From contig JALDRA010000001.1 of NCBI GenBank assembly GCA_031316235.1, positions 3,990,001 through 4,022,000 of the forward strand: a stretch of 32,000 bases of DNA, read 5' to 3'. The translations under genes and the position numbers were made by a program. The first letter of the stretch is position 1. Every line of letters starts with the position of its first letter. The notes under the pieces are model-generated. The model did not search any database, was not told where the DNA came from, and was given only the letters and a program-made list of their open reading frames with translations. Positions 18,823 through 27,415 of this stretch are shown piece after piece. The stretch comes from Candidatus Scalindua sp. (GTDB taxonomy: Bacteria > Planctomycetota > Brocadiia > Brocadiales > Scalinduaceae).

Positions 18823-19314
18823 TCACCCGTTAATCAAACCATCCAGTTTTTTTCTATTACAGTGGCAGATAGCGATTGCAAGGGCATCTGAAGAGTCCAG
18901 GGGTTCAGGAAGCTTTGATAACTGGAGAATAATCTTTACCATTTCCTGGACCTGGGTTTTCTGCGCATTTCCAACACCGACTACTGATTTTTTAATGGCC
19001 GTGGGTGAATATTCTGATAGAGGAACGCCCGCCAGAGCGGCACATAAAATAGCAACACCCCGCCCCTCTCCGATTTTGATGGCAGCCTTTACGCTCTTTC
19101 CATAAAAGACCTTTTCCACTGCCACATGATCGGGTGTATGCTTTTCAAAAACCCGGCATAATCCTTCATAAATCTTCTTGAGCCTGTCAGGAAAGGGATC
19201 ATTTCTCCCGCTCTTGACAGCACCGTAATCTATAAGTGATAAGCGGCTCCCGCTATCTTCTACTACTCCGAAGCCGGTTATTATTGTGCCGGGGTCAATA
19301 CCTAATACTCGCAT
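18823..19314 (-). CDS. ruvC: Holliday junction resolvase RuvC
   Basis: MRVLGIDPG (catalytic Asp), VAVEKVF, and SDALAIAICH. ATG 19314 is preferred; the track's 24-aa N-terminal extension resembles nothing in RuvC. Confidence 0.9.
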   Translation of the reverse strand: MRVLGIDPGTIITGFGVVEDSGSRLSLIDYGAVKSGRNDPFPDRLKKIYEGLCRVFEKHTPDHVAVEKVFYGKSVKAAIKIGEGRGVAILCAALAGVPLSEYSPTAIKKSVVGVGNAQKTQVQEMVKIILQLSKLPEPLDSSDALAIAICHCNRKKLDGLING

Positions 19315-19473
19315 AGTTAATAAAACTACACATTTATTCTTAAATGTCAATACTTTATGAACTATTTCAATCACAAGGAATTTCAATTGTCAGGAACGAA
19401 AATTTTCACACGCTTTCTGCAGGAACATCGCCTGTCTGAAAATAGATCTTCAATAAATAACTGCTTTTTGTTA

Positions 19474-19630
19474 TAGTTAGTGCGTGAACGAAAACCCGGT
19501 GTTTGAACGAAAACTGCTCCGGTACGAGGTGCGAAATAATTACGTAACCGGTGCGTACTCAAGTACGTGAGGATTACATCCTTAGTGCAGCAGCGCCGTA
19601 GATGGGTTGTTTTCGTTCAACCACTAGTTA
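19474..19630. repeat. 157-bp MITE-like element with imperfect 22-nt terminal inverted repeats
   Basis: Left end TAGTTAGTGCGTGAACGAAAAC (19474-19495) matches the reverse complement of the right end TAACTAGTGGTTGAACGAAAAC (19609-19630) at 18/22 positions. TGAACGAAAAC also recurs internally at 19504-19514. Confidence 0.5.
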
Positions 19631-19667
19631 CGGATTTATGATTATTAACCAGTTTTATCAGGACATT

Positions 19668-20591
19668 ATGATGCCCAGACCGAATCTTGCCACAAATCTG
19701 TGTGGAATCAGGCTGTCGAATCCAACTATCCTGCCATCAGGATTCCTTGGGACCTCCCGGCCTCTGTTAAAAAGAGTCGCTGCTAATGGAGCCGGAGCAG
19801 TAACGATTAAATCTGTAGGACTTACGCCTCGAGAAGGACACAAAAACCCGACTGTCGTTACCTTTGAAGCAGGCATGCTGAACGCTGTTGGATACTCAAA
19901 TCCGGGAGTGGAAGAAACAGCCGGGGAATTTTCCAAGACGGAAGAAATTGATGTGCCGCTGATCGCAAGTGTTATCGGCACAGATGCGGAAGAATTTGTA
20001 CAGGTGATAGAAAGATTAGCGGATACCGCATTCTCGGCAATTGAACTCCCTCTTTCGTGCCCCCACACTCCAGGATTTGGTCTCCTTGCAGGTCAGGGTA
20101 CACCCGAAAACACCGGAAAAATAGTTTCTGCTGTCAGAAAGGCTACGAAACTCCCCATATTTGTCAAACTCTCTCCGAATGTTCCGGGCATTGGTATCCT
20201 GGCAAAGGTTGCTGAGGATGCGGGAGCAGATGCCATTACGGCCGTAAACTCTTTAGGGCCCGGTATGATCATTAATATCGAGGCGCGGTCTCCTGTTCTT
20301 TCATTCAAGATCGGCGGAGTCTCTGGCAGTGCCTTGAGGCCAATTGCAACGCGTTGTGTATACGATATTTACGAATCAGTCACCATTCCCATTATAGGTG
20401 TTGGCGGAATCTCAACCGGTCGTCATGCCATCGAGATGATTATGGCCGGGGCGACTGCCATTGGAATCGGTACGGGAATCTATCAAAGGGGGATTGACGT
20501 TTTTCAAAAGGTGTGCAGGGAGATGGAGTCCTGGATGTCTGAAAATAATCTTAAGGATATCGAAGAAATCAAAGGAGCTGCCCATGGGTGA
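19668..20591 (+). CDS. pyrD: Dihydroorotate dehydrogenase, class 1B catalytic subunit
   Basis: NAVGYSNPG, active-site Cys context ELPLSCPHT, GGVSGSALRPIA and IIGVGGI. ATG 19668 (MMPRPNLATNLCGIRLSNP) is preferred; the longer track ORF starts inside the repeat element. Confidence 0.9.
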   Translation: MMPRPNLATNLCGIRLSNPTILPSGFLGTSRPLLKRVAANGAGAVTIKSVGLTPREGHKNPTVVTFEAGMLNAVGYSNPGVEETAGEFSKTEEIDVPLIASVIGTDAEEFVQVIERLADTAFSAIELPLSCPHTPGFGLLAGQGTPENTGKIVSAVRKATKLPIFVKLSPNVPGIGILAKVAEDAGADAITAVNSLGPGMIINIEARSPVLSFKIGGVSGSALRPIATRCVYDIYESVTIPIIGVGGISTGRHAIEMIMAGATAIGIGTGIYQRGIDVFQKVCREMESWMSENNLKDIEEIKGAAHG

Positions 20592-21414
20592 TGCATTGAT
20601 ACAGTCTGGTCAGCCGGTGATGGTAAAGATTAATGAGATCATCAACGAGGCCAGTGACACAAAGACCTTTATCTTCAAACAGAAACTTGTATACAAGATC
20701 GGGCAGTTCCTGATGGTCTGGTTGCCGGGCATTGATGAAAAACCCTTTGCAGTATCAAACTATGGCAGCGACTTCTTTGGATTTACCGCGCTCGCAAGAG
20801 GTAAATTCACACAACAGCTGCATACCATGGTTGCCGGGGACCTGGTGGGTATACGGGGCCCTTTCGGGAGGGGATTCACCATTCCCGATACCATTGCGGA
20901 TGGTACCGGAAACGCATGTGTGATTGGAGGCGGATGCGGCATGGCATCGCTGACTACACTCATTGAACATATGCCGCATGGCAATGTGACAGTGCTCAAC
21001 GGAGCAACGACAAAACCTAATTTACTTTTTCCCGACCGGTTTGAAAACACCATCCTGATCACGGACGATGGCAGTATCGGTGAGCGGGGATATCCAACTG
21101 ACAGGCTGGAGGAGTTACACAGGGAACGGAGATTCAGCATAATCTACACCTGCGGACCTGAGATCATGATGTTCAAGGTGTATGAGTTCTGCAGAAACAA
21201 CGGTATACCTTGCCAGGTTTCTCTGGAGAGGTATATGAAATGCGGTATCGGTATCTGCGGGCAATGTGTCTGTGACGGAATGATGGTGTGTAAGGATGGT
21301 CCTGTCTTCAACTCAGAGGAGCTGGATATCATGAACGATTTCGGGAAGTATTCGTTGCTGAAAAGCGGCCGGAGAGTTACCGTAGCGGATTATGCCAGGT
21401 GGAGGCAGGATTAG
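20584..21414 (+). CDS. pyrK: Dihydroorotate dehydrogenase electron-transfer subunit (PyrK)
   Basis: Ferredoxin-reductase-like fold with a C-terminal Fe-S Cys cluster, CGIGICGQCVCDGMMVCKDGP. ATG 20584 overlaps the pyrD stop (ATGGGTGA), which implies translational coupling. Confidence 0.88.
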   Translation: MGDALIQSGQPVMVKINEIINEASDTKTFIFKQKLVYKIGQFLMVWLPGIDEKPFAVSNYGSDFFGFTALARGKFTQQLHTMVAGDLVGIRGPFGRGFTIPDTIADGTGNACVIGGGCGMASLTTLIEHMPHGNVTVLNGATTKPNLLFPDRFENTILITDDGSIGERGYPTDRLEELHRERRFSIIYTCGPEIMMFKVYEFCRNNGIPCQVSLERYMKCGIGICGQCVCDGMMVCKDGPVFNSEELDIMNDFGKYSLLKSGRRVTVADYARWRQD

Positions 21415-21536
21415 CCATGATCAAGGGGAGACAATGATACACGCCAACCAGTCATGAGGTAACAGTACACCTCTTCACTAGCTGCAGGTAAAATCAATAA
21501 CGGTCATTGAAACATCTTATTCTTGTATTCCAGTAT

Positions 21537-24215
21537 ATGTCTCAGAAAATAATCATCATTGACGGGAGTTCCTACATCTTCCGTGCCTTTTACGCAATCA
21601 GGACATCCCTTTCAAATTCCAGGGGACTTCCCACCAATGCCATATTCGGTTTTACCCGTATGCTGCTGAAGGTGGTTCGGGATGAAAATCCGGATTACGC
21701 TGCAGTGGTTTTTGATTCAGCGAAAAAGACCACCCGGCATGGATATTTTCCTCAATACAAAGCCAACCGTGCAGCCATGCCGGAAGATCTGGCACCGCAG
21801 ATTCCCTACATCCATGATATTGTCAAGTCATTCAATATCGATGTGGTCTGCGTTGACGGTATTGAGGCGGATGACATTATCGGCACACTGGCCGTGCAAT
21901 CGAGACAAAAAGGTCTGGAAGTTATTATTGTAAGCGGCGATAAAGATATGATGCAGCTGGTTGGTAATGGCATCACCATGCTTGATACCATGAAAGACAA
22001 AAGGATTGGACCGGAAGAGGTGCAGGAAAAATTGGGAGTTGCCCCTGAAAAGGTTGTCGAAATTATGGGTCTTATGGGAGATACATCGGATAACATTCCC
22101 GGCGTCCCGGGTATAGGGCCCAAGACTGCTTTGGAATTAATTAACGCATATGGTGATATTGAAAATACTCTTTCCCACGCACAGGAGGTGAAAAAAAAGA
22201 GTGTAAGAGAAAGGCTTTCACAATTCCAGGATCAGGCGAGATTGAGCAGAAAACTGGTAACCATTGTTACGGATCTCGACCTGGATTGTGATCCCGTAAA
22301 CTTCAAGGTAAGGGAAATGGATCATGATGCCGTGGTCCGTATCTTAAAGGAACTGGAATTCTCCGCCCTGCTCAAGGAATTAACTCCTTCTCACAAATCT
22401 GTGGAAAAAACAGAAAAAAACTACCATACGGTTTTAACGCAGCAGGATTTTGATAGAGTGCTGAAAGTTCTTAAAAAATCAGGAAGTTTTGCGGTTGACC
22501 TTGAAACTACCAGTAAACATCCCGTTAAAGCAGAGATCGTGGGTATTTCTCTCTCTTTTAAACCTCACGAAGCATATTATATCCCTGTTGCCCACGATTA
22601 TCCCGGTTGTCCGATTCAGCTGGATTTTAATGACGTATTGGAAGGACTGAAACCGGTCCTGGAAGATCCCGGGATTCATAAATACGGGCAGAACATAAAG
22701 TATGAAAAAATCGTACTGCAGAAAGCAGGGATCAATCTGCAGGGAATAGCTTTCGACACCATGATCGCCTCCTATCTTCTGGAACCGAACAAAAGAAACC
22801 ATAACCTGAATGATATAGCACTTGAATACCTGGAACACCGGATGATCACGTATAAGGAAGTTACCGGAACTGGCCAGAAGGAGATCGGTTTTCACCAGGT
22901 GGAAATCCCCAGGGCTTCAGAATATTCATGCGAGGATGCAGATGTAACGTTTCTCCTGACCGGAAAGCTCGCACCCATGATCAGATCCGAGGGGCTTGAG
23001 GTTCTCCTTCAAACAATGGAAATGCCCCTGCTGGAGGTGTTGGCTGAAATGGAGATAAACGGAGTCGGGATCGACGTCACTCTTCTCCGGGAAATGTCAG
23101 GCAGGCTTGAGACACAATTGCATGATATCTCGAAACGGATCCATCAGATAGCAGGTGAGGAGTTCAATATCAATTCACCAAAGCAGCTTGCCGTCATCCT
23201 TTTTGAGAAACTGAAGCTGCCGGCTGCCAGAAAGACCAAGACCGGATACTCGACTGATGAAGGAGTACTGGAAAGGCTGGCGGGCAGACACGAACTTCCG
23301 GCTGAAGTGCTCAACTACCGTAAACTCAGGAAATTGAAATCAACCTATGTGGATGCGCTGCCTGCCCTGGTCAATCCTGATACTGGCCGGGTACATACCT
23401 CCTTTAACCAGACCGTTGCAGCCACCGGCCGCCTGAGCAGTACCGAGCCGAACCTGCAGAATATTCCAACCCAGGCAGAGACAGGGATGGAGATAAGGAA
23501 GGCGTTTATTCCTGATGAAGGAAGCCTGATCCTTTCCGCTGATTATTCACAGATAGAACTGCGTATCCTTGCTCATCTTTCAGGGGATGAGATCTTGATG
23601 GAATCGTTTCATCAGGGAGAGGACGTCCATACCCGGACTGCATCTGAGGTTTTTCACCTCAGCCTGGAAGCGGTTACTCCTGAGATGCGGAAGATGGCCA
23701 AGGCCGTGAATTTCGGGATTATTTACGGGATTTCAGCCTTTGGACTGTCCAACGGGATCGGAGTCAGCCAGAAAGAGGCGAAGGAGTTTATCGATAATTA
23801 TTTCCAACTCTACCAAAAGGTAAAGCTGTATATCAACGAGTCAATTGAAAAGGCCCATACGGCTGGTTCTGTCTCCACAATGCTGGGAAGAAGCCGCCGT
23901 ATTCCGGAACTGAAAAGCCCGAACAGAAACCTGCGTGAATTCGGGGAAAGGATAGCGGTAAATTCCCCGATCCAGGGATCTGCTGCCGACATTATCAAAC
24001 TTGCAATGATAGCTATTTCCAGAGAGATGAAAAAAAAAGGGCTGCAGTCAAGGATGATCATCCAGGTACACGATGAATTGGTCTTTGAGGTGCCGGTATC
24101 AGAAAAAGCGGTCATGGAAAAGCTGGTACGGACTCATATGGAACAGGCCTATCCCCTGCAGGTTCCTCTGACGGTTGACCTCCGTTTTGGTGAAAACTGG
24201 AATGAGGCGCATTAA
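21537..24215 (+). CDS. polA: DNA polymerase I
   Basis: 5'-nuclease domain (IIIIDGSSYIFRAFYA, GD.SDNIPGVPGIGPKTA), 3'-5' exonuclease-like domain (FAVDLETTS), and Pol A motifs (DYSQIELRILAH, AKAVNFGIIYG, QVHDELVFE). ATG 21537 is preferred to TTG 21507. Confidence 0.96.
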   Translation: MSQKIIIIDGSSYIFRAFYAIRTSLSNSRGLPTNAIFGFTRMLLKVVRDENPDYAAVVFDSAKKTTRHGYFPQYKANRAAMPEDLAPQIPYIHDIVKSFNIDVVCVDGIEADDIIGTLAVQSRQKGLEVIIVSGDKDMMQLVGNGITMLDTMKDKRIGPEEVQEKLGVAPEKVVEIMGLMGDTSDNIPGVPGIGPKTALELINAYGDIENTLSHAQEVKKKSVRERLSQFQDQARLSRKLVTIVTDLDLDCDPVNFKVREMDHDAVVRILKELEFSALLKELTPSHKSVEKTEKNYHTVLTQQDFDRVLKVLKKSGSFAVDLETTSKHPVKAEIVGISLSFKPHEAYYIPVAHDYPGCPIQLDFNDVLEGLKPVLEDPGIHKYGQNIKYEKIVLQKAGINLQGIAFDTMIASYLLEPNKRNHNLNDIALEYLEHRMITYKEVTGTGQKEIGFHQVEIPRASEYSCEDADVTFLLTGKLAPMIRSEGLEVLLQTMEMPLLEVLAEMEINGVGIDVTLLREMSGRLETQLHDISKRIHQIAGEEFNINSPKQLAVILFEKLKLPAARKTKTGYSTDEGVLERLAGRHELPAEVLNYRKLRKLKSTYVDALPALVNPDTGRVHTSFNQTVAATGRLSSTEPNLQNIPTQAETGMEIRKAFIPDEGSLILSADYSQIELRILAHLSGDEILMESFHQGEDVHTRTASEVFHLSLEAVTPEMRKMAKAVNFGIIYGISAFGLSNGIGVSQKEAKEFIDNYFQLYQKVKLYINESIEKAHTAGSVSTMLGRSRRIPELKSPNRNLREFGERIAVNSPIQGSAADIIKLAMIAISREMKKKGLQSRMIIQVHDELVFEVPVSEKAVMEKLVRTHMEQAYPLQVPLTVDLRFGENWNEAH

Positions 24216-24562
24216 GAGTTTTTCCGTAAAGATCCGGAGAACATCTCTGCAATGGATATTTATACCAGTGTCCCTTCTTACCTCTCTCTACTTCTTCAGT
24301 CGACACATACTCATCTGAAGGCATACCATATACCCCTTTCCTGTTCAGTTGACGATTAGATTACGCTGAACTGCTGTACATCAGGCTCCATACCCATGGT
24401 ACGAAACAGACACCATCGAGCCAGCGCATCCTGCTCAACTCCTTCAAAATCAGTGTCTCGTTCCCGCGAGGATGTCTGCCCTCCCCCCGTACAAAGACAC
24501 GCTGATTACTCAACCGGGGGTCGTGCTGATGTGTCTGGGGATTACGGGATTCTTACAGAAGC

Positions 24563-25123
24563 TCAGCAGCAGCGCAGATCTCGTTCAGCCACCTGGCTAT
24601 TTCTCAATACGGCAATATAGGGGAGATTCCGGTATTTATTGTCAAAATCGAGGCCATATCCTACAACAAACTGGTTGTCAATATCAAAGCAGCAGTAGTC
24701 GGGAATGATATTCACTTCTCTTCGTTCTCTTTTGTTGAGAAGGACACATACCTTGACAGACAAGGGGTCATGCTTCTTGATCATCGGTAGAATCTTTGCC
24801 AGTGTATTGCCCGTATCAAGTATGTCATCCACGACAAGGACGTGTTCACATCGTATATTCAGCCTGGGAGTGTCGATGATCTCCGCCCCCCTCTCCGGGC
24901 AGGTGGCATCCCCGACATACGTATTAACACGAATGGTATCAATTTTAATGGTAAAGGGAATCAGGCGAATCAAGTCAGAGAGAAATATGAGACTCCCATT
25001 CAAGATTCCAATTATTGTCAGCTTTTTGTCTTCGTAATCAGCAGTTATTCTTCTTGCCAGCTCCTCAACCCGTTCCCGGATCTCAATTTCGCGAATGATA
25101 ACTTTTTCAATATCTTTTTCCAT
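24563..25123 (-). CDS. hpt: Hypoxanthine(-guanine) phosphoribosyltransferase
   Basis: 186 aa. PRPP-binding loop VLVVDDILDTGNTL and the GYGLD..YRNLPYI ending. Confidence 0.92.
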   Translation of the reverse strand: MEKDIEKVIIREIEIRERVEELARRITADYEDKKLTIIGILNGSLIFLSDLIRLIPFTIKIDTIRVNTYVGDATCPERGAEIIDTPRLNIRCEHVLVVDDILDTGNTLAKILPMIKKHDPLSVKVCVLLNKRERREVNIIPDYCCFDIDNQFVVGYGLDFDNKYRNLPYIAVLRNSQVAERDLRCC

Positions 25124-25166
25124 GAGTCACCTTATTCGTAAACACCCTGTTATCTGTCAGGGTGCT

Positions 25167-25183
25167 ATTATGAGATGAGTATA
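25167..25183 (+). repeat. 17-nt fragment matching the end of the 108-nt repeat
   Basis: ATTATGAGATGAGTATA is identical to the terminal 17 nt of copy B (read on its minus strand). It differs at one position from copy A (AGTATGAGATGAGTATA). Confidence 0.35.
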
Positions 25184-25186
25184 CAA

Positions 25187-25381
25187 TCAGAGGTCAATCA
25201 CATCTTTTCGATACCTGGCTGCATGGCATACGCAGGCGCGAATAACCTCATCTGTCAATAAACCGGGATAATTCTTCAATATCTCAACTTCGGATACATC
25301 GGATGCTGAGAATCAGGGTATAAACTCTACCATAATCGTTGTTCCTTTTATAGTCTCTTTTCCGCTCAATCTTCTATTCCT
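25187..25381 (-). pseudogene. DUF433-family (antitoxin-like) gene relic
   Basis: Minus-strand frame reads ..LSGKETIKGTTIMVEFIP*FSASDVSEVEILKNYPGLLTDEVIRACVCHAARYRKDVIDL*. This resembles the DUF433 core (GKP.I.GTRI.V..I......G.S..EIL.DYP.L..EDI.A.L.YA). It has an in-frame TGA (25313-25315) and lacks an N-terminus and start codon. Confidence 0.5.
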
Positions 25382-25411
25382 TCACCACTTTTCTTTTCAT
25401 TGAGATTTTAT

Positions 25412-26770
25412 ATGACAAATACCGACCATGAAAGAACTCACACATCCGGGAAAACGGTTGAACTGCGTAACAGAACACGGGTACAACTCATGCTGCCGAC
25501 TCAATTACACGAGCAGACCGGTACCATAACAAATACCGTTTCGATGAATCTCTCAGCTGGCGGCCTGTTTATAACCATGGATAATCCTCCCGTTCCGGGA
25601 AAGAGTTTCAGGATAGAAATTTTTTCTCTTCGCGGTGTGGCCATCTTATCCGGAACAGTTGAAGTACAGTGGCGTGTGTCCGAGGCGTCAGCCACTCTCC
25701 CCTGCGGCTTTGGAGCCAGGTTTATCCAGGTTGAGCTTAAAGATGAGAAGATCATTCATACCGTTGTGCAATCGGCGATCCACCAGGACAGTCTGCCTGC
25801 TCATGTAAGAAACCTGAGTAATCCGGCATCTACAGTAAACGAAATGACAGGTATCCAGAACATCAGCTTATCAGGGGAGCTGAAGAAGTTTATTTCTGAA
25901 TATGGCAAACACGGTGAACGGGATGAATTTATCTGGAAATGGGTATACCGGGGGCTTCAAATAACTTCATTAAGCTGTATTGATACATCACTGAAGGAGC
26001 AGGTGCAAACCATCAAATTCCTGGGTGTTATGTTTGACGTCATGCTGGATGATGCGGTGGATCAAATTCAGAACAAGGTACTGGTCGAACAGATGCTGCT
26101 GATCTCTTTTGAAAAGTCTTTCCTGCAAAGAAAAAAAGTTCCATCACACTATCTGGAGTATCTTGAATTTGCCAACCTTTTATGGGAAGAGATTGAAATG
26201 CGGTTCCGTAAATTACCCCGCTACAGCGAATTTATTGATCTTCTGGAATTTGACTACCGCCAGCTTTTTAACTGTATGAGATATGCACTAGTGGTAAATG
26301 AAGACCCCAGGCGTTTAAACCTGGCCGAACATGATCTTTATCAACCGCATAACATGCACATGATGGTCAATGCAACCATTGACATAATGGCATCTGGTGG
26401 ATTTAACAGGCAGGAAGCCGGTATTCTCCGGGAAGTGATCTGGAATGCCCAGGTAATGGGACGAATCGGCAACGCAATCAGCACCTGGCAGAGAGAATTA
26501 AAGGACAGGGATTTTACCAGTAAAATCTTTGCCCGGGCCCTTGCCGGAGGGGCATTAACCACGAATGATCTTTTAACGGAGAAACCAGAAAAAATTGAAC
26601 AGATTCTTCTGGACTCTCAGCTTGAAGATGAACTTCTTGCCGAATGGGGGAATCGTCATACATACATATCAGGGCTGGCTACCCGAATCAAAACTGTTGA
26701 CATCACCGGTCTGATATCCGGGCTTGAAAAACTGATTATACTTCATTTAGGCAGTCGCGGTCTCAAATAG
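25412..26770 (+). CDS. PilZ domain protein fused to a class-I terpene/isoprenoid-synthase-like domain
   Basis: PilZ signatures RNRTR (RxxxR) and, 22 aa later, NLSAGG ((D/N)xSxxG). The C-terminal ~320 aa carries LDDAVD (nt 26048-26062) and NAISTWQRE (nt 26471-26497), 141 aa apart. ATG 25412 is preferred to TTG 25400. Confidence 0.85.
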   Translation: MTNTDHERTHTSGKTVELRNRTRVQLMLPTQLHEQTGTITNTVSMNLSAGGLFITMDNPPVPGKSFRIEIFSLRGVAILSGTVEVQWRVSEASATLPCGFGARFIQVELKDEKIIHTVVQSAIHQDSLPAHVRNLSNPASTVNEMTGIQNISLSGELKKFISEYGKHGERDEFIWKWVYRGLQITSLSCIDTSLKEQVQTIKFLGVMFDVMLDDAVDQIQNKVLVEQMLLISFEKSFLQRKKVPSHYLEYLEFANLLWEEIEMRFRKLPRYSEFIDLLEFDYRQLFNCMRYALVVNEDPRRLNLAEHDLYQPHNMHMMVNATIDIMASGGFNRQEAGILREVIWNAQVMGRIGNAISTWQRELKDRDFTSKIFARALAGGALTTNDLLTEKPEKIEQILLDSQLEDELLAEWGNRHTYISGLATRIKTVDITGLISGLEKLIILHLGSRGLK

Positions 26771-26809
26771 TGTAGAGGAGAGGGTCACCTGTTATTACCT
26801 ATACCGAGC

Positions 26810-26838
26810 TTGACATTTATTGAAGATAGTCATATACT
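26810..26838 (+). promoter_or_regulatory. Sigma-70-type promoter candidate for hicB-hicA
   Basis: TTGACA (26810-26815), a 17-nt spacer, then TATACT (26833-26838). It lies ~120 nt upstream of the hicB ATG. Confidence 0.4.
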
Positions 26839-26959
26839 TATTCACCACAAACATGCAGGTTTCATAAAAGCTTCCTGATTAGGGAATTGCGAGATTTTCC
26901 TATATTCTCATTACGTTAAGGAGATGCTTGGGAATTTTTTTTGATCATGTACCATATTA

Positions 26960-27157
26960 ATGAAATATTCAGTTGTTATAAATAAAAGCGAATATGGATA
27001 CAACGCACATTGCCCTGTTTTTCCAGGTTGTCACAGCCAGGGTGATACATTAGAAGAAGCAATCGAGAACATTAAAGACGCTATCATAACATACCTCAAA
27101 ATGATAGCTGAAGAGACGAAGGATGCCACCGTTTATGAAGTAGAGGTATCTGTATAG
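26960..27157 (+). CDS. hicB: HicB-family (UPF0150) antitoxin
   Basis: 65 aa. MKYSVVINKSEYGYNAHCPVFPGCHSQGDTLEEAIENIKDAI matches the small HicB/UPF0150 fold consensus (PGC.SQG.T.EEA..N.K.AI). Confidence 0.8.
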   Translation: MKYSVVINKSEYGYNAHCPVFPGCHSQGDTLEEAIENIKDAIITYLKMIAEETKDATVYEVEVSV

Positions 27158-27158
27158 T

Positions 27159-27366
27159 ATGACATTTACAGATGTCTCCTCTGATCGTGCCATAAAGGCA
27201 TTTCGTAAAGCAGGGTTCAAGATTGTAAAAAGGTAAACACTTCGGTATGTCTGACGGTACCCACCGTATAACTATTCCAAATCACAAAAGACTTAACCCT
27301 TATACCCTCAAGTCTATTATTAAAAGCGCCGGTCTTAAGGATGAACAATTCAAACACCTCCTTTGA
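27159..27366 (+). pseudogene. hicA: HicA-family toxin gene, frameshifted
   Basis: Frame 1 reads MTFTDVSSDRAIKAFRKAGFKIVKR* (stop 27234-27236). The next frame continues GKHFGMSDGTHRITIPNHKRLNPYTLKSIIKSAGLKDEQFKHLL*. Deleting one A from the A5 run (27227-27231) restores a single HicA-like ORF of ~68 aa. Confidence 0.7.
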
Positions 27367-27415
27367 TTAACCGATTTACCTGGGACGGCACTCTTTTTTT
27401 CGCTGCAGTCGAGTA

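Noticed and set aside
19485-19619. Possibility that the GAAC-containing repeats form a LexA (GAAC-N4-GTTC, Cheo-type) SOS box for ruvC
   Set aside because: No GAAC and GTTC half-sites occur at the required 4-nt spacing. The inverted copies are ~100 nt apart.
19602-19667. 22-codon N-terminal extension of pyrD (track start 19602)
   Set aside because: The upstream ATG lies inside the MITE-like repeat. The extension (MGCFRSTTSYGFMIINQFYQDI) has no DHODH similarity, and the conserved N-terminus begins at MMPRPNLATNLCG.
20461-20583. 41-codon N-terminal extension of pyrK overlapping the pyrD 3' end
   Set aside because: The extension is an out-of-frame translation of pyrD coding sequence. The ATG at 20584 gives the usual 4-8 nt overlap coupling and a PyrK-like N-terminus.
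24216-24562. ~350-bp GC-richer spacer after polA, containing ORFs 24112-24324 (-) and 24396-24620 (+) and paired AGACAC/GTGTCT hexamers (24408/24453 and 24495/24531)
   Set aside because: Both ORFs overlap real genes (polA, hpt), are Arg/Ser/Pro-rich and lack motifs. The hexamer pairs give only 6-bp stems with 30-40-nt loops, too weak to call an RNA. The region is left unassigned.
25313-25315. In-frame TGA in the DUF433 relic as a possible selenocysteine codon
   Set aside because: The gene also lacks its N-terminus and a start codon, there is no evident SECIS-like hairpin immediately downstream, and DUF433 proteins are not known selenoproteins.
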